Positions 29,001 through 38,115 of a DNA stretch of 64,000 nucleotides are shown in pieces. Every line of letters begins with the position of its first letter. Within the stretch, counting starts at the first letter, position 1. Source of the DNA: Patescibacteria group bacterium. Its GTDB lineage: Bacteria > Patescibacteriota > Patescibacteriia > JAHIZJ01. The notes below the pieces were generated by a model, which worked only from the letters and a program-made list of their open reading frames with translations, ran no database searches and was not told where the DNA came from. Location of the stretch: positions 245,036-309,035 of the forward strand of contig JAQTMH010000001.1 in NCBI GenBank assembly GCA_028714495.1. The letters run 5' to 3'. The translations under genes and the position numbers were made by a program.

Positions 29001-29771
29001 CCCACCATTGTCTATCCGACAAACAACACGATTGTCGAAACGCCAAAACCGACTATCACCGGACTCTCCGTTTCAAACACCGACGTTTTCCTGATTCTCG
29101 ACGGTGAAATCCTGGAGGTGGTCAAAGCGTCAACCGGCCGCGGGGGCACTGGCAATTATCACTACTCCGTGAAACAGCCACTGGCCTATGGCTGGCATAC
29201 TCTGGCTGTCCGGGCCCGCAACGCTGATGCCAAGGTAAGCGCCGAGTCAACCGCCATCCGTTTCAAAATTGACCCGCCCTTTATCACCCCGACTATCTTT
29301 CCACCGATTATCGTGGATGCTAAAAACGCCAGTATCCGGTTAGTCGGCCTCTCAGCGGCTAATTCAACAATTCTCGTTTATCTGGACGGCATTGTCATTG
29401 ACACGTTTTCCGTTGGTAGCGGCCAAAAGGGCACGGCTTCATTTTGGCGGGATGTCAAAAATCTCAAACCCGGAAAACACACCATTCAGCTTCAAGCTCA
29501 AAATATCATTGGGAAACTCAGCCACAAAACTCCTGAATACACTTTTAGCATCATCCAGCCTGCCAATGATAAGTTTTTCCGGCCACAACTCTTCTTCCGC
29601 TACGTCGTGCGGCTAGGCGATTCACTCTGGAGGATCTCCAAGTTGATTTACGGCAAGGGCAGCTTTTGGGAATTGATTCTCGACGTAAATAAAGTAAAGT
29701 TTCCTTCAATTCTCAATCCCGATAGGATGCTCCAGCCCGGCTGGCTGCTGAACATTCCACGAATCGATTAA
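23010..29771 (+). CDS. giant (2253 aa) cell-surface protein: N-terminal TM, M14 carboxypeptidase-like domain, Gly/Thr-rich beta-helix-like repeats, 5x fibronectin-III repeats, Ig-like domains, C-terminal LysM
   Basis: M14-like motifs 'ARQHGMEPMGS', 'IIPMMNPDGAY' and 'TDVHTR'. Long TG(S/A)GT...L(T/S)L repeat tract. Five ~88-aa FN3-like repeats ('...TWxTN...YGLT..YG...HS..LTGL.PGT.YHY'). LysM at end ('YVVRLGDSLWRISKLIYG...LQPGWLLNIP'). Confidence 0.85.
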   Translation: MLRVLHRQYRKNVTCDQGGSRIRSSLYFAFGIGVAISALVAIGLTVFVPHPVVADTTATLEQNAFRFYVDNDLVQPADPWPAGATDLAENAAITTADVPPDDANLIRMRMSLGITGDTLAAGSQDFKLQYGEGTDCAAIVSWNDVGAASSATIWRGESDTNPADGTTISSALLSTAGTLQTYEEQNNSALNPNQATAGQSAEWDWLVENNGALHDTTYCFRMVKSDGTALNTYTQYPKIQTEATVFDSTLEGGNGASFTKPYTGDASKISFASELDGGGPLGPCTDARRQNWFYFSMSNALNQTLTIKLINAMAGSNENTDWVDHKPVYSYDQVNWYRISSTGTVSGSDMIYTFPGAGIEFTSDTVYIAHGIPYTYTDSENDLTTWSASPYVTVTDIGNSVQSRMMHLVTIQDTASPITAANKKVYWFIARQHGMEPMGSYAIQGVINFLIGSSDEAKLMRRTSIFKIIPMMNPDGAYQGWTTANAEYCNENRDWTDLVPNPATETDEVYNAHYAIHDWMTNGTPADAEVITDVHTRCANPGVYTGDAVYDGNRENPYEVLWKILDGNDHDDEFTYSGTAGLFNVEMYDQYYPTWGTEVFNTEGTTYDFVDHTYPTAATAAAYEVSYLKTIWAMRETSSSVFLLTQVDPTGATTPPQYTVVGSPSQYFAVFNNDKGGGISDWYDRENDQYLLNNLVDADSVLDPIDWNDGSAVRSLISTTNATFSVANNSGNRTEFSYSGELAGISGEDYILNRVIWGDGRIWTKFSLTNTTGSTIDWGEMKNSVNIDFAEAANFTASRDNSDDTPTPGTDNWWGMLGTGAMKSSAIAHYVGQSGGWTYDTYNTASDATYGKSNWYSDADGPTLTDGSTISTTVSYQVRPDTDVMSNEAAIDVYRNDIASPDTPTMTTGTFSSFDKQEGGLSFAADNNRVIFTYTNADTVTKKKPTYTITDYAASTAPVLSVNNAFLDGEDGSAHTGTTHTSTTYTSSVDTTNDIAYVQYLSDISANQKIRIGDLLYLDNVTVSGNIYSDEGTTPIDCSLGNKTVALRVAGAGTYTAECTLDTGAFSIGSITIDNPSDIVTVFLDGETEKAVTVTRAADLITTIDDIDLYQNRVVVRHEDAGPTTNANLDAYDSGNDDDIPFTVTGGALTVPTGTELHVWSGSTYTPGGSITTNATGGDLHIDDTATATLGSGTASIGRDILVDTGATLNLNVDTSIGGGDITTAGTATVTTSSGTPTITVSGSGSLGGGANVLTFYNLTLSGTPTLASNITVNNNLTLPSSVTAGTKAVTMAGTAGVLTGGGATLYDLTINPTSAGTITLSTSDLTVSHTLAVASGDTLSLGASRTLTSGTGGSVSISGTISGSGTLVIQNSSLGTGGTLSAPVSFDATSGALTLPVRTYGGAVTVTNTGATDRTVTAGSGTLALASDLTLSMSGAGTTTLNLDTNDPTATVTGDTTIGSDTTLIASSDSTLSLKGDYANSGTFTHSSGTVAVAGTTLQTFSGTMISTSAFNNLTLTNASGSSTGCSDAFTPGIRFSDPATVANTYTITTGDVKVEYDSGSTYTLNDINWNGQAAGTPIIFRNSTLTSGTWLLAISGSQNAISYVDVARSDASSGDLILADDGTNTDCSSNTNWQFDTPAVYSNIESAAEPTSLIITWTSNEGTTSQVQYGLTDSYGLETTEVVDLETSHTVEVSGLDSDTQYHYRVTGTDSYGNRTTSSDQVATTLSATTISETSADEITATSAVINWTTSRTTTSIVDYGLTTSYGDEATDSASTIDHSLALTGLTPGTTYHYQISGLDSYGLTANSGDLTFTTLPATTLSNIEVTNLTLTSATITWQTNHAATAHVDYGLTEEYDKSSATETGTTEPSFTLTDLTPGTTYHYRVISVGNTEAISADATFTTLPTTAISDIQVVGITTSTATLTWKTNHAANSKVKYGESTTYGSEVSDSALTVDHSFTLTGLKSGAVYHYFVTSVGNTETSSADATFTTYIPTPTIVYPTNNTIVETPKPTITGLSVSNTDVFLILDGEILEVVKASTGRGGTGNYHYSVKQPLAYGWHTLAVRARNADAKVSAESTAIRFKIDPPFITPTIFPPIIVDAKNASIRLVGLSAANSTILVYLDGIVIDTFSVGSGQKGTASFWRDVKNLKPGKHTIQLQAQNIIGKLSHKTPEYTFSIIQPANDKFFRPQLFFRYVVRLGDSLWRISKLIYGKGSFWELILDVNKVKFPSILNPDRMLQPGWLLNIPRID

Positions 29772-29902
29772 AGCTATATATAAAATCGTCCCTAGTGAAA
29801 AACGGGGGATGGTTTTTATTGTAAAAGCCTTAAACCTGCCCTCAATTCCTCATTCAACTAATTAACTAATCAACCAATAAACTAATTAACTAATTTTTGT
29901 AA

Positions 29903-31357
29903 TTACTTCGGCCTCGCGTCGACAATCCTCTTATCTTTCAATTCCGTCTCCATCCCGACCTTCTGAAGCAGCGCGGCTAAATCGCATGGCTGGACGGTTA
30001 CGCTAACTCCCACATCGCTGTAAATCATTTTTTCCAGGCGATGCTGAAATTGATCGAAATCAAGGCCGTCTTTGGTTGCTACCTCAACGATCAGTTCGTC
30101 AACTTCGAAAGGATCATTATTTTTCTTCTGAATTGTCACCTGCCACTCTTCGATTTCTTTAATACCCGAGAGCAATGGAAAGAAGTTATTTAAGTTGACC
30201 AGTTCGCCCTTGACCTTAGTTAAGTTAAATTCTTTGACCTCGGAATTTCTCTGAATATCCGGACGGATCCGGGGAACAGTCCGGCCGCAATTAGGACAGG
30301 GTTCATAATCAATGCCTTGGCACGTATCGCCAGTCTTATAGCGCAGAACCGCTGAACCGCGCCAGTCCAGGGCCGAGTAAATCAGCTCGCCTGGTTCGCC
30401 CTCCTTTACCGGCCGGCCCTCCTTATCAACTACTTCAAAATATTCGATATCCGGATATAGGTGATAGCCCGACTCTTCGCTACACTGAATCCAGGCGGTT
30501 TTACCTTCAGTCAGCGCGTAAGTAGCATAAATCCTTGGATTCTTCGCGCCCCGCTGCTGAAGCAGCTCGCGCACCTTTTCCCGCAAACCCGGACTGACCC
30601 GCTCGCCGCCGAAAACTACGTGCTGGACGCTCGATAAATCTCTTTTTTGATTGACTGCTTCGCGGATCACGTGATAGCAATAGCCGGGGATAAAAATTAA
30701 GATGCCGGCCTTTAATCTTTCAATCGCGTCTAAAATCTTCTGCGTACCCATTACCTTGCCACCGCCGGTCTGCAAACTGGTGATACCCAGCTTGACCAGA
30801 GCGTAATGAGCCAGCCAAAAAGCTAAGTGTGGCGAATAGGGAAACCCGTTTAGGGCAAAAAGGCTCCGATCAACATTTATTACATTGAACATCCGCTCGC
30901 CGCTTTCCTTCAATATTTCCAAATCGTAAGCCGAATAAACAAAGGGCGTGGGCAGAGCGGTCCGGCCGGTCGTAAAATGCATGTGGACGGGTTTGAATTC
31001 CCATTCCAATTTCCGCTGCACGTTTTGACCGGTGATCTTGCCCCAGATTATTTTTGCCAGCTGGCTTTTTGGAGCGTATTTTTTTATTAATTTTTCATCG
31101 GGCTGGAGAATAAATTGGCGCGGCTTGGCTCGATCATCTTCGGTCGGCGCCAAATCAGCCTTTGAAGTAAAAGGTAATTTTATTAAATCGCTGGTCGATC
31201 TGATATCCGAATAGCATAAATTGTTTTTCTTAAACAGCTCGCGGTAGTACGGGCTGTAGGGAATATAATGTCTGATAAAAGTCCGGAGTTTCTTGTTTTG
31301 AAGTGCCTGAATCTTTTCTTTCGGCAAATGCGATAATTTTGACCAAGATTCAACCAT
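29903..31357 (-). CDS. phenylacetate-CoA ligase / coenzyme F390 synthetase-family adenylate-forming enzyme (CapK-like)
   Basis: PaaK-family size and pattern ('YSPYYRELF', 'ATYALTEGKTAW', 'YKTGDT'). The ORF extends to 31444 but the start is more likely the internal Met MVESW, which avoids overlap with the upstream gene. Confidence 0.7.
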   Translation of the reverse strand: MVESWSKLSHLPKEKIQALQNKKLRTFIRHYIPYSPYYRELFKKNNLCYSDIRSTSDLIKLPFTSKADLAPTEDDRAKPRQFILQPDEKLIKKYAPKSQLAKIIWGKITGQNVQRKLEWEFKPVHMHFTTGRTALPTPFVYSAYDLEILKESGERMFNVINVDRSLFALNGFPYSPHLAFWLAHYALVKLGITSLQTGGGKVMGTQKILDAIERLKAGILIFIPGYCYHVIREAVNQKRDLSSVQHVVFGGERVSPGLREKVRELLQQRGAKNPRIYATYALTEGKTAWIQCSEESGYHLYPDIEYFEVVDKEGRPVKEGEPGELIYSALDWRGSAVLRYKTGDTCQGIDYEPCPNCGRTVPRIRPDIQRNSEVKEFNLTKVKGELVNLNNFFPLLSGIKEIEEWQVTIQKKNNDPFEVDELIVEVATKDGLDFDQFQHRLEKMIYSDVGVSVTVQPCDLAALLQKVGMETELKDKRIVDARPK

Positions 31358-31364
31358 ATTTTTA

Positions 31365-31976
31365 TTAAAATTTGTAAGTCTTTTGAGACAATCTGGCGAC
31401 CTCCTGCATGACTGCCCGCATAACTCGTTCCAAATTTTGGTCATTTATTTCTTCCGGGGGAAATCGCATTATCTGACCGACCCTCATTTCCACCTGGCCG
31501 CGCTTAAACAATAACAATTTTACTGAATGGAGGAAAGAGCGTCCGCTTGGTCCCCTTAAACCAATCGGCAAAACCGGCACCTGGCAGGTCAGGGCCAGCC
31601 GGGCCAGGCCCGATTTGCCACGCAAAAGTTCAGGTGAAGAATTTCTTATTCCCTCCGGAAAGATGGCGATTACCCAGCCGCTTTTTATTTTCTCGACAGC
31701 CTCGGCTAGAACACCGGCTTTGTTCTCGGGATTGATGGCAATTGTCGAGCCGGGAAACCAGCGTGCGTAATTATTGGTTTTTGAAATAAAACAGACTTCT
31801 CGACCGGTAATATCAGAAATTGCCAAAGCCAGCCGGATGCCGTCCAGGTAATCGATATGGTTCGCGGCGATTAAAAATGGCCCCTGCTTTGGAACGTTCT
31901 CGAGCCCGGCCACTAAACGAAAATTTCGTTTAAACAGACTCCCAGCAATGAACCGTGTTCTAAAATATGGCTTCAT
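31365..31976 (-). CDS. lysophospholipid (1-acyl-sn-glycerol-3-phosphate) acyltransferase family, paralog 1
   Basis: 'ANHIDYLD' (NHxxxxD) and 'IFPEGIRN' (FPEG) motifs. Confidence 0.7.
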   Translation of the reverse strand: MKPYFRTRFIAGSLFKRNFRLVAGLENVPKQGPFLIAANHIDYLDGIRLALAISDITGREVCFISKTNNYARWFPGSTIAINPENKAGVLAEAVEKIKSGWVIAIFPEGIRNSSPELLRGKSGLARLALTCQVPVLPIGLRGPSGRSFLHSVKLLLFKRGQVEMRVGQIMRFPPEEINDQNLERVMRAVMQEVARLSQKTYKF

Positions 31977-31977
31977 G

Positions 31978-32613
31978 TCAGTATGGATAAATTTTATGGC
32001 AGAGTTCGCCGATCGCGCCCATGATATCCCGGGTAATGGACTCCAATCTTTCCTTGGTAATTTCCTGGCCAGGCTCGCTTGAAAACTCTAAGGGCTTTCC
32101 CAAGACTATGCCTAGCGGCTGGCGGGTAAAGAAAAAGGTCTTGATGGCTCCTCCGATTGTCCGCAGAGGTGGAGCGATAACCCCGATTGGTACGACGGGC
32201 AAATCCGTAGCCAGAACTAAACGCGCCGCGCCGGTTTTGCCTTTTTTCAGCTGCTGGGTATCATAATTGCGACCGCCTTCCGGAAAAATCCCGATATTTT
32301 TACCTGCTTTAACCGCGGTCTTGGCAATCTCAATGACCTGAGCTTTATTATCTGGCGGGATCGAAATCATTCCCAAAAAGCGCTCGCCGATCAGCCGGCC
32401 AAACCACTTGGCTACACCTTTGTGTGTCAGATAATAGGCCCGAGCATTTCTCTCAACTGCCAAGACAATACCGATCATTGGGGCGTCAAGGTAGCTGACG
32501 TGATTAGCCACTAAAATATATGGCGTTTGGATGGGTAAATTCTCCAGCCCAGTGACATAAATCCTGCGCCGGAAAAGCCGCATCAAAGTTTGGCGTAAAA
32601 TTGGATAGGCCAT
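31978..32613 (-). CDS. lysophospholipid acyltransferase family, paralog 2
   Basis: 'ANHVSYLD' and 'IFPEGGRN' motifs. Confidence 0.7.
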   Translation of the reverse strand: MAYPILRQTLMRLFRRRIYVTGLENLPIQTPYILVANHVSYLDAPMIGIVLAVERNARAYYLTHKGVAKWFGRLIGERFLGMISIPPDNKAQVIEIAKTAVKAGKNIGIFPEGGRNYDTQQLKKGKTGAARLVLATDLPVVPIGVIAPPLRTIGGAIKTFFFTRQPLGIVLGKPLEFSSEPGQEITKERLESITRDIMGAIGELCHKIYPY

Positions 32614-32688
32614 AGACTTTTAGTATCAAATTTCGAAGCACGAAATCCTAAACTTTAAACTGTTTACTTCGATATCCGGATTTCGAAA

Positions 32689-33297
32689 TTAATGCTTATA
32701 GAGTTTGCCGCACAATCCGGCTATTTTCTCCATTACCACCGTAGTCCTGTTACAAAGCTCTTTATAGGTGGTAACTGTTTTGTCCTGACGCGGGAAGGTG
32801 ATGGGTTGACCAAAAATAATTTGAATATTGCGTTTCGGCGAAAAAAATTTCCAAATCGCCCTCAGTGGGTTGACTCCGCTGGTACCGATAATCCCGGCTG
32901 GAACAACCGGATAACCAGACCAAAGCGCTAATCGAGTCACGCCAGTTTTGCCCCGATTCAAAGTCCGTATGCCATTGGCTCGGCCCTCTGGAAAAATTCC
33001 GATAATCTGATTGCTCGCTAAAAGCTTTAAACCCGAATTAACCACTTTGGCTGGATTTTTTTTATCAACTGGCAAGGCGCCGAGACTTTTATATTTCTTT
33101 GTGGCCGCCACGAAAAAAACCTGCTTTTTCAAAAGACTGAAAATAACGCTGATCAGAATGGCCGAGTCGAGCCAGCTCGAGTGATTCGCCGCGACAATAA
33201 ACCCGCTTTGCTTCGGAAGATTTTCCGCCCCTTCGATCCGAGCCACGCCTTTCCGCAAAAGTGGAATAATGGTGTATCTCAGCGGGCCATAGGGCAT
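32689..33297 (-). CDS. lysophospholipid acyltransferase family, paralog 3
   Basis: 'ANHSSWLD' and 'IFPEGRAN' motifs. Confidence 0.7.
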   Translation of the reverse strand: MPYGPLRYTIIPLLRKGVARIEGAENLPKQSGFIVAANHSSWLDSAILISVIFSLLKKQVFFVAATKKYKSLGALPVDKKNPAKVVNSGLKLLASNQIIGIFPEGRANGIRTLNRGKTGVTRLALWSGYPVVPAGIIGTSGVNPLRAIWKFFSPKRNIQIIFGQPITFPRQDKTVTTYKELCNRTTVVMEKIAGLCGKLYKH

Positions 33298-33303
33298 TGG
33301 CTT

Positions 33304-35298
33304 TTAAACTATCAATGAAATTATTAGCAGCGCGACAATATTCAGAATTTTTATCATCGGGTTGATGGCTGGACCGGCCGTGTCTTTGTAAGGATCGCCG
33401 ACCGTGTCTCCGGTTACCGCCGCTTGATGGGCTAGCGAGCCCTTGCCGCCGTGGTGGCCTTCTTCAATATATTTCTTGGCATTGTCCCAGGCCGCTCCGC
33501 CAGTAGTCATTGAGATTGCCACAAATATCCCGGTAACGATACTGCCGACCAAAACTCCGCCTAAAACCACCGGCCCGAGCAGAAAACCCACGGCAATCGG
33601 TATAACCACCGGGATTAAGGCGGGCACAACCATTTGCTTGATAGCAGATCTGGTGACGATATCAACCGCCTGGCTGTAGTCGGCTTCGGCCTGGCCTTCC
33701 ATTAAGCCTTTGATTTCTTTGAATTGGCGTCTGACTTCAGTCACCACCGCGCCAGCTGCCCGGCCCACAGCTTCCATGGACAAAGCCGCGAAGAAATAAG
33801 GCAAGAGTCCGCCGATGAATAGTCCGACTAAGACTTTCGGGTCAGACAAAATAAAATTAAATACTTTATCGGACGCACCCAGCTCCTGAACGTATGAAGC
33901 GAAGAGGACTAAAGCCGCCAGACCGGCTGAACCAATCGCATAACCTTTGGTCACGGCCTTGGTAGTATTGCCGACAGCGTCCAATTGATCAGTCACGGTT
34001 CTGACCGAATCAGGAAGTTCGGACATCTCGGCAATTCCGCCAGCGTTGTCCGTAATCGGCCCGTAGGCGTCAATTGCCACGATTATGCCGGTCAGCGACA
34101 ACATAGCCACGACTGCCAGAGCCACTCCGTAGATTCCGGCCAAACCATGCGCCACTAAAATTCCAGCTACAATTACTAACACCGGCCAAGCCGTGGATTT
34201 CATCGAGATGGCCAAGCCGCTAATTATATTTGTGGCGTGGCCGGTTTCCGATGATTTGGCAATGTGCCGAACCGGCGGGTATTTTTTCGAGGTATAATAT
34301 TCCGTGATCATCACGATCGCCGCGGTCACCACCAAGCCAACCAGAAGCGACAAATAAATCCGCCAGACCGAATAATCAGCTAAATCGCTCATTAACCACC
34401 GCGTAATCGGGTAAAAAGCGGCCGCCGCCAATAATCCGCTTAAACCCAGGCCGCGATAAAGCGCGCCCATGACATTATTATTCTTCCCCAGCCTGACCAC
34501 GAGCGTTCCAATAATCGAGGCGACGATTGAAACCGCGCCGATAGCCAGCGGAAAAACCAAGCCATTGCTAAATCCTTTGAAAAGCAAAGAACTTAAGAGC
34601 ATCGCGGCTACTACTGTCACGGCGTAGGTTTCAAAAAGATCGGCAGCCATGCCCGCGCAATCGCCCACGTTATCTCCGACATTGTCGGCAATCACCGCCG
34701 GATTACGCGGATCGTCTTCAGGTATGCCGGCCTCAACCTTGCCCACCAGGTCAGCGCCGACATCGGCGGCTTTCGTATAAATGCCTCCGCCCAGACGGGC
34801 AAACACTGAAATCAAGCTGCCGCCGAAGCCCAGGCCGATCAGGGCTTTTAAATCATTGGTCAAAGCGAAAAATCCGGCCACTCCCAAAAGCGCCAGACCG
34901 ACTACCAAAAGTCCAGTTATTGATCCGCCGCGGAAAGCCACGGCCAAAGCCTGCTTTAAACCCTTCTGGGCTTGGTCAGCTGTTCGGACATTGGCCCGAA
35001 CCGAGATATTCATCCCGATATAACCGGCGGCTGCCGAAAAAACCGCTCCGACTAGAAAGCCCAGGGCAGTTTTATAACCGAGAAAACCCCAGAGCAGAGC
35101 AAATAAAATAACGGCGATAATGCCGACAGTCCGATACTGCCGGTTGAGGTAGGCTTGCGCGCCTTTCTGAATCGCCTGGGCAATTTTTTGCATTCGTTCA
35201 TTGCCCTTGGGCAGACGTAAAACTAAACGGATGAGGATGGCTCCGTAGGCAAGCGCTGCCAGGCTCGCCAGCAAGGCAAAAAGGGTTGCACTCGACAT
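33304..35298 (-). CDS. hppA: membrane-bound proton-translocating pyrophosphatase
   Basis: '[19 protein letters not shown]', 'DNVGDNVGD' and '[14 protein letters not shown]' motifs. ~16 TM helices. Confidence 0.9.
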   Translation of the reverse strand: MSSATLFALLASLAALAYGAILIRLVLRLPKGNERMQKIAQAIQKGAQAYLNRQYRTVGIIAVILFALLWGFLGYKTALGFLVGAVFSAAAGYIGMNISVRANVRTADQAQKGLKQALAVAFRGGSITGLLVVGLALLGVAGFFALTNDLKALIGLGFGGSLISVFARLGGGIYTKAADVGADLVGKVEAGIPEDDPRNPAVIADNVGDNVGDCAGMAADLFETYAVTVVAAMLLSSLLFKGFSNGLVFPLAIGAVSIVASIIGTLVVRLGKNNNVMGALYRGLGLSGLLAAAAFYPITRWLMSDLADYSVWRIYLSLLVGLVVTAAIVMITEYYTSKKYPPVRHIAKSSETGHATNIISGLAISMKSTAWPVLVIVAGILVAHGLAGIYGVALAVVAMLSLTGIIVAIDAYGPITDNAGGIAEMSELPDSVRTVTDQLDAVGNTTKAVTKGYAIGSAGLAALVLFASYVQELGASDKVFNFILSDPKVLVGLFIGGLLPYFFAALSMEAVGRAAGAVVTEVRRQFKEIKGLMEGQAEADYSQAVDIVTRSAIKQMVVPALIPVVIPIAVGFLLGPVVLGGVLVGSIVTGIFVAISMTTGGAAWDNAKKYIEEGHHGGKGSLAHQAAVTGDTVGDPYKDTAGPAINPMIKILNIVALLIISLIV

Positions 35299-35321
35299 AG
35301 TGTGTTTCGAAAATTAAAAAT

Positions 35322-36731
35322 TTATTCTTTATCTGGAGAAGGCTCTTCCTTCTCTGTTTTTTTCTTGCGTTTGGGCTTGACTGTCGGCTTCTCTTCCTTG
35401 ACTTTTTCCGCGGCTGGTTTTTCCTCGATCTTCTCCTCGACAACTGTTTCGTTCTTTGGTTCTTCCGCGACTGGCTCGGTCTTTGTTTCGTCAACATCCT
35501 TTTCAGCCTTTTCTTCAGTTTTGGGCGGGACCGTATCACCCTCTCTGATAATATCAATCTTCCAGCCAGTTAATCTGGCGGCGAGTCGGACGTTTTGTCC
35601 TCCCCGGCCGATGGCCAGTGATAATTGGTCTTCCTTGACCTCAGCCAGGGCGGTTTTTTCCGCCTCCTTGGTCTGGACGCTTAAAACCTTAGCCGGTGCC
35701 AGGGCATTGATGATAAATTTAACCGGGTCTTCTTCATATTCCACAATATCGATTTTTTCTCCGCCCAACTCCGAAATGACCGTTTGAACCCGGGTTCCGC
35801 GCTGACCCACGCACGAGCCGACCGGGTCAATGTTCGGCTCCAGGGAGGCGACGGCAATTTTCGTCCGCGAACCGGCCTCACGGGCGATTGATTTAATCTC
35901 CACCGCGCCCGAAGCGATTTCCGGCACCTCAAACTCGAAAAGTCTTTTCACCATTTCTGGGTGGGACCGCGACACAATAATCTCCGGTCCTTTTGGCGCC
36001 TGGCTGATGTTGACCAGGTAGAACTTCAGGCGCAGGCCTGGCTGGTAACTCTCACTCTCAACTCGTTCAGAGGGCGGCATGATTGCCGCGGTATCGCCTA
36101 AATCGACGAAAGTTAATTTACCCTCAACCCGCTGGATTGTCCCATTGATTATCTGGCCTTCTTTGTCCTTATAATGCTTAAAGACCGTTTCACGTTCAGC
36201 TTCGCGCAACCTCTGGATAATAACTTGCTTGGCTGTTTGGGCGGCCATCCGGCCATAGGCTTGGGGCGGGAATAATTCTGTTTTTATCACGTCGTCAACT
36301 TTTGCCTTAGGATTGTTTTTCTTGACTTCCTCAAGGGGTATCATGGTTTTCGGATCGTACGCCTTTTTTGCCTCAGCTTCGTCTTCAGCCGGTTCAGCGG
36401 TTTCTTTTTTATCCCCAACCTCTTTCTCTACCTCTTTCTTCTCGGTAATCGGAGCCAACTTGTTCTCTTGGAAAGCCTTTCTCCGCTCTTCCCGTTTTCG
36501 CTCTTCCTCTTCAATTTCTTCCTGCGTAATATCCACGACTGTTTTCACGTCGAAAACACGGCTTTGGGCCGTCTCAGTATTGAATTCAACCTTGATGTTC
36601 TGATTTTTTTCACCAAAATCCTTGCGGTAGGCCACCGCTAACGCCGCTTCGATCGTTTCAATAACCGACTCTACCGGAATATTCTTTTCCTCGCAGATTT
36701 GTTTGATTGCCTGGGTGATTGGGGAACTCAT
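35322..36731 (-). CDS. nusA: transcription termination/antitermination factor NusA with Lys/Glu-rich C-terminal tail
   Basis: NusA N-terminal domain, S1 and KH regions ('IVSRSHPEMVKRLFEFEVPEI', 'IGRGGQNVRLAARLTGWKIDI'). Confidence 0.85.
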   Translation of the reverse strand: MSSPITQAIKQICEEKNIPVESVIETIEAALAVAYRKDFGEKNQNIKVEFNTETAQSRVFDVKTVVDITQEEIEEEERKREERRKAFQENKLAPITEKKEVEKEVGDKKETAEPAEDEAEAKKAYDPKTMIPLEEVKKNNPKAKVDDVIKTELFPPQAYGRMAAQTAKQVIIQRLREAERETVFKHYKDKEGQIINGTIQRVEGKLTFVDLGDTAAIMPPSERVESESYQPGLRLKFYLVNISQAPKGPEIIVSRSHPEMVKRLFEFEVPEIASGAVEIKSIAREAGSRTKIAVASLEPNIDPVGSCVGQRGTRVQTVISELGGEKIDIVEYEEDPVKFIINALAPAKVLSVQTKEAEKTALAEVKEDQLSLAIGRGGQNVRLAARLTGWKIDIIREGDTVPPKTEEKAEKDVDETKTEPVAEEPKNETVVEEKIEEKPAAEKVKEEKPTVKPKRKKKTEKEEPSPDKE

Positions 36732-36954
36732 AGATCTATAGTCAATTTATAATTAATAATTCAGAAGGAAGAATGTTGGTTGTCCCGTTGCGGGATTTCC
36801 TAAATTGATAATTTTTAATTCTTAATTTTGAATTTCTTACTAAAATGGACCAGTTAATAAAGAACTAGTCCTAGCTTGAGTATAGCGGAACGGTAAAATC
36901 TTGGCAAGACTAAGTAGACGAGGATGGTCATCCTCGTCTACTTTATCTATTGTT

Positions 36955-38055
36955 CTATTTCATATCAGGCGGTGGCGGCGGGAAAAGCTGGTCGGTATGA
37001 TCCTCTTTTACTTCAGTCTTTTTTAATTCGGGGGGCGGTTCTTTATTCTCGGCAGGAGGCTTAAAGGGGTCAGGCGCCGGATTCTGGCGCGGTCGCCTCA
37101 CTAAGTTATCGATGAGTAGAATTAAGCCAACGGCCAAGATCATTAGGCCGACAACTAATAGCCAATTTGAATCCTCATCTTCATCAGTCTTTGCTGCCGT
37201 GGAATTTTCGGAGTTAGTATCGTCGGTTTTTTCTTCAGAGTTGGTCACCGGTGTTTTTTGGGTTTCCTGTCCGTCCGTTTTATCTGTTTCCTCGCCCTTC
37301 ACCTCGGTAGTTTTTTCACTTACTGCCTCTGGCGCCGGGTTCTGGGGAATAACAAATTCGATGATGGCCGAGGGTTGGCTGGCTTTGCCGTTTGGATCCT
37401 CGGCTAGCGCAAAAACCGTGTGCCGGCCTGGCGTCATTTCATAGTAAGTTTGATAGGAAAAGCTGGCCGCGCCAGATGGATGGTTTTTTACCATGAACTG
37501 GCCGTTTAATATCCCGTCGATATAAATCTTCACCAGCGAATCGTTAATCGCCAATCCGACAAACCATGGCTGGGTGGCTTTTGTCTGTTCATTTACCACC
37601 GGCTGAAACAGGGTCGGCGCCGACATTGGGTATTCCACGAAAAAGTTGAGCGTATTTGAGGATATACTCACTTGGCCCTTGGCGTCTGTAGCAGTTGTAA
37701 GCACCTTATGCCAGCCCGGCCGTAAATTTAAAAACGGCTCATAGCCAAAATTCGCCGTGCCAGAAGGGTCGTTTTTTACCATGAACTGGCCATTAAGCTC
37801 ATCATCAATAAACACCTTTATCAGCGAATCGTTCAAAGCCAACCCGGTGACAATGGGCTTGGTTTGGCTCGTGAAACTTCCGTCAGCCGGCGCGATTAGA
37901 GTTGGCGCGGGAAAAGCCGAGCCTTCGGCCACCGCGGCGGTAACTGAAGCTATCGGCCCGAATAAAACCGCGAAAATAATCAAAAAAACGAAAGCTATCT
38001 TCGTTTCTCGGTTTACCTTTTTCCCTCCTTTGGGCAAAAAGTTTATCTGTACCAT
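36955..38055 (-). CDS. surface protein with two Ig-like repeats, Thr/Glu-rich linker, C-terminal TM anchor and Pro-rich tail
   Basis: Two ~90-aa repeats ('...P.ITGLA.NDSL.K..ID..LNGQFMVKN.PSG...') resemble the Ig-like repeats at the C-terminal end of the giant protein. Confidence 0.55.
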   Translation of the reverse strand: MVQINFLPKGGKKVNRETKIAFVFLIIFAVLFGPIASVTAAVAEGSAFPAPTLIAPADGSFTSQTKPIVTGLALNDSLIKVFIDDELNGQFMVKNDPSGTANFGYEPFLNLRPGWHKVLTTATDAKGQVSISSNTLNFFVEYPMSAPTLFQPVVNEQTKATQPWFVGLAINDSLVKIYIDGILNGQFMVKNHPSGAASFSYQTYYEMTPGRHTVFALAEDPNGKASQPSAIIEFVIPQNPAPEAVSEKTTEVKGEETDKTDGQETQKTPVTNSEEKTDDTNSENSTAAKTDEDEDSNWLLVVGLMILAVGLILLIDNLVRRPRQNPAPDPFKPPAENKEPPPELKKTEVKEDHTDQLFPPPPPDMK

Positions 38056-38115
38056 CGCTCTGTTTATAAATTAGTTAATGTTTTTTCGGTCACTCCATCT
38101 TACAGTTTTATTACC

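Noticed and set aside
23139-29616. Numerous 60-150-aa ORFs on both strands inside the 6.8-kb surface-protein gene
   Set aside because: Nested or antisense within a long, domain-consistent reading frame. Typical of Thr/Gly/Ser-rich repetitive coding DNA.
31365-31444. 80-nt same-strand overlap between the PaaK-like ORF (to 31444) and the first acyltransferase
   Set aside because: Resolved by choosing the internal Met (MVESW, 31357) as the ligase start. The long N-terminal extension is Cys/Arg-rich and unlike the family.
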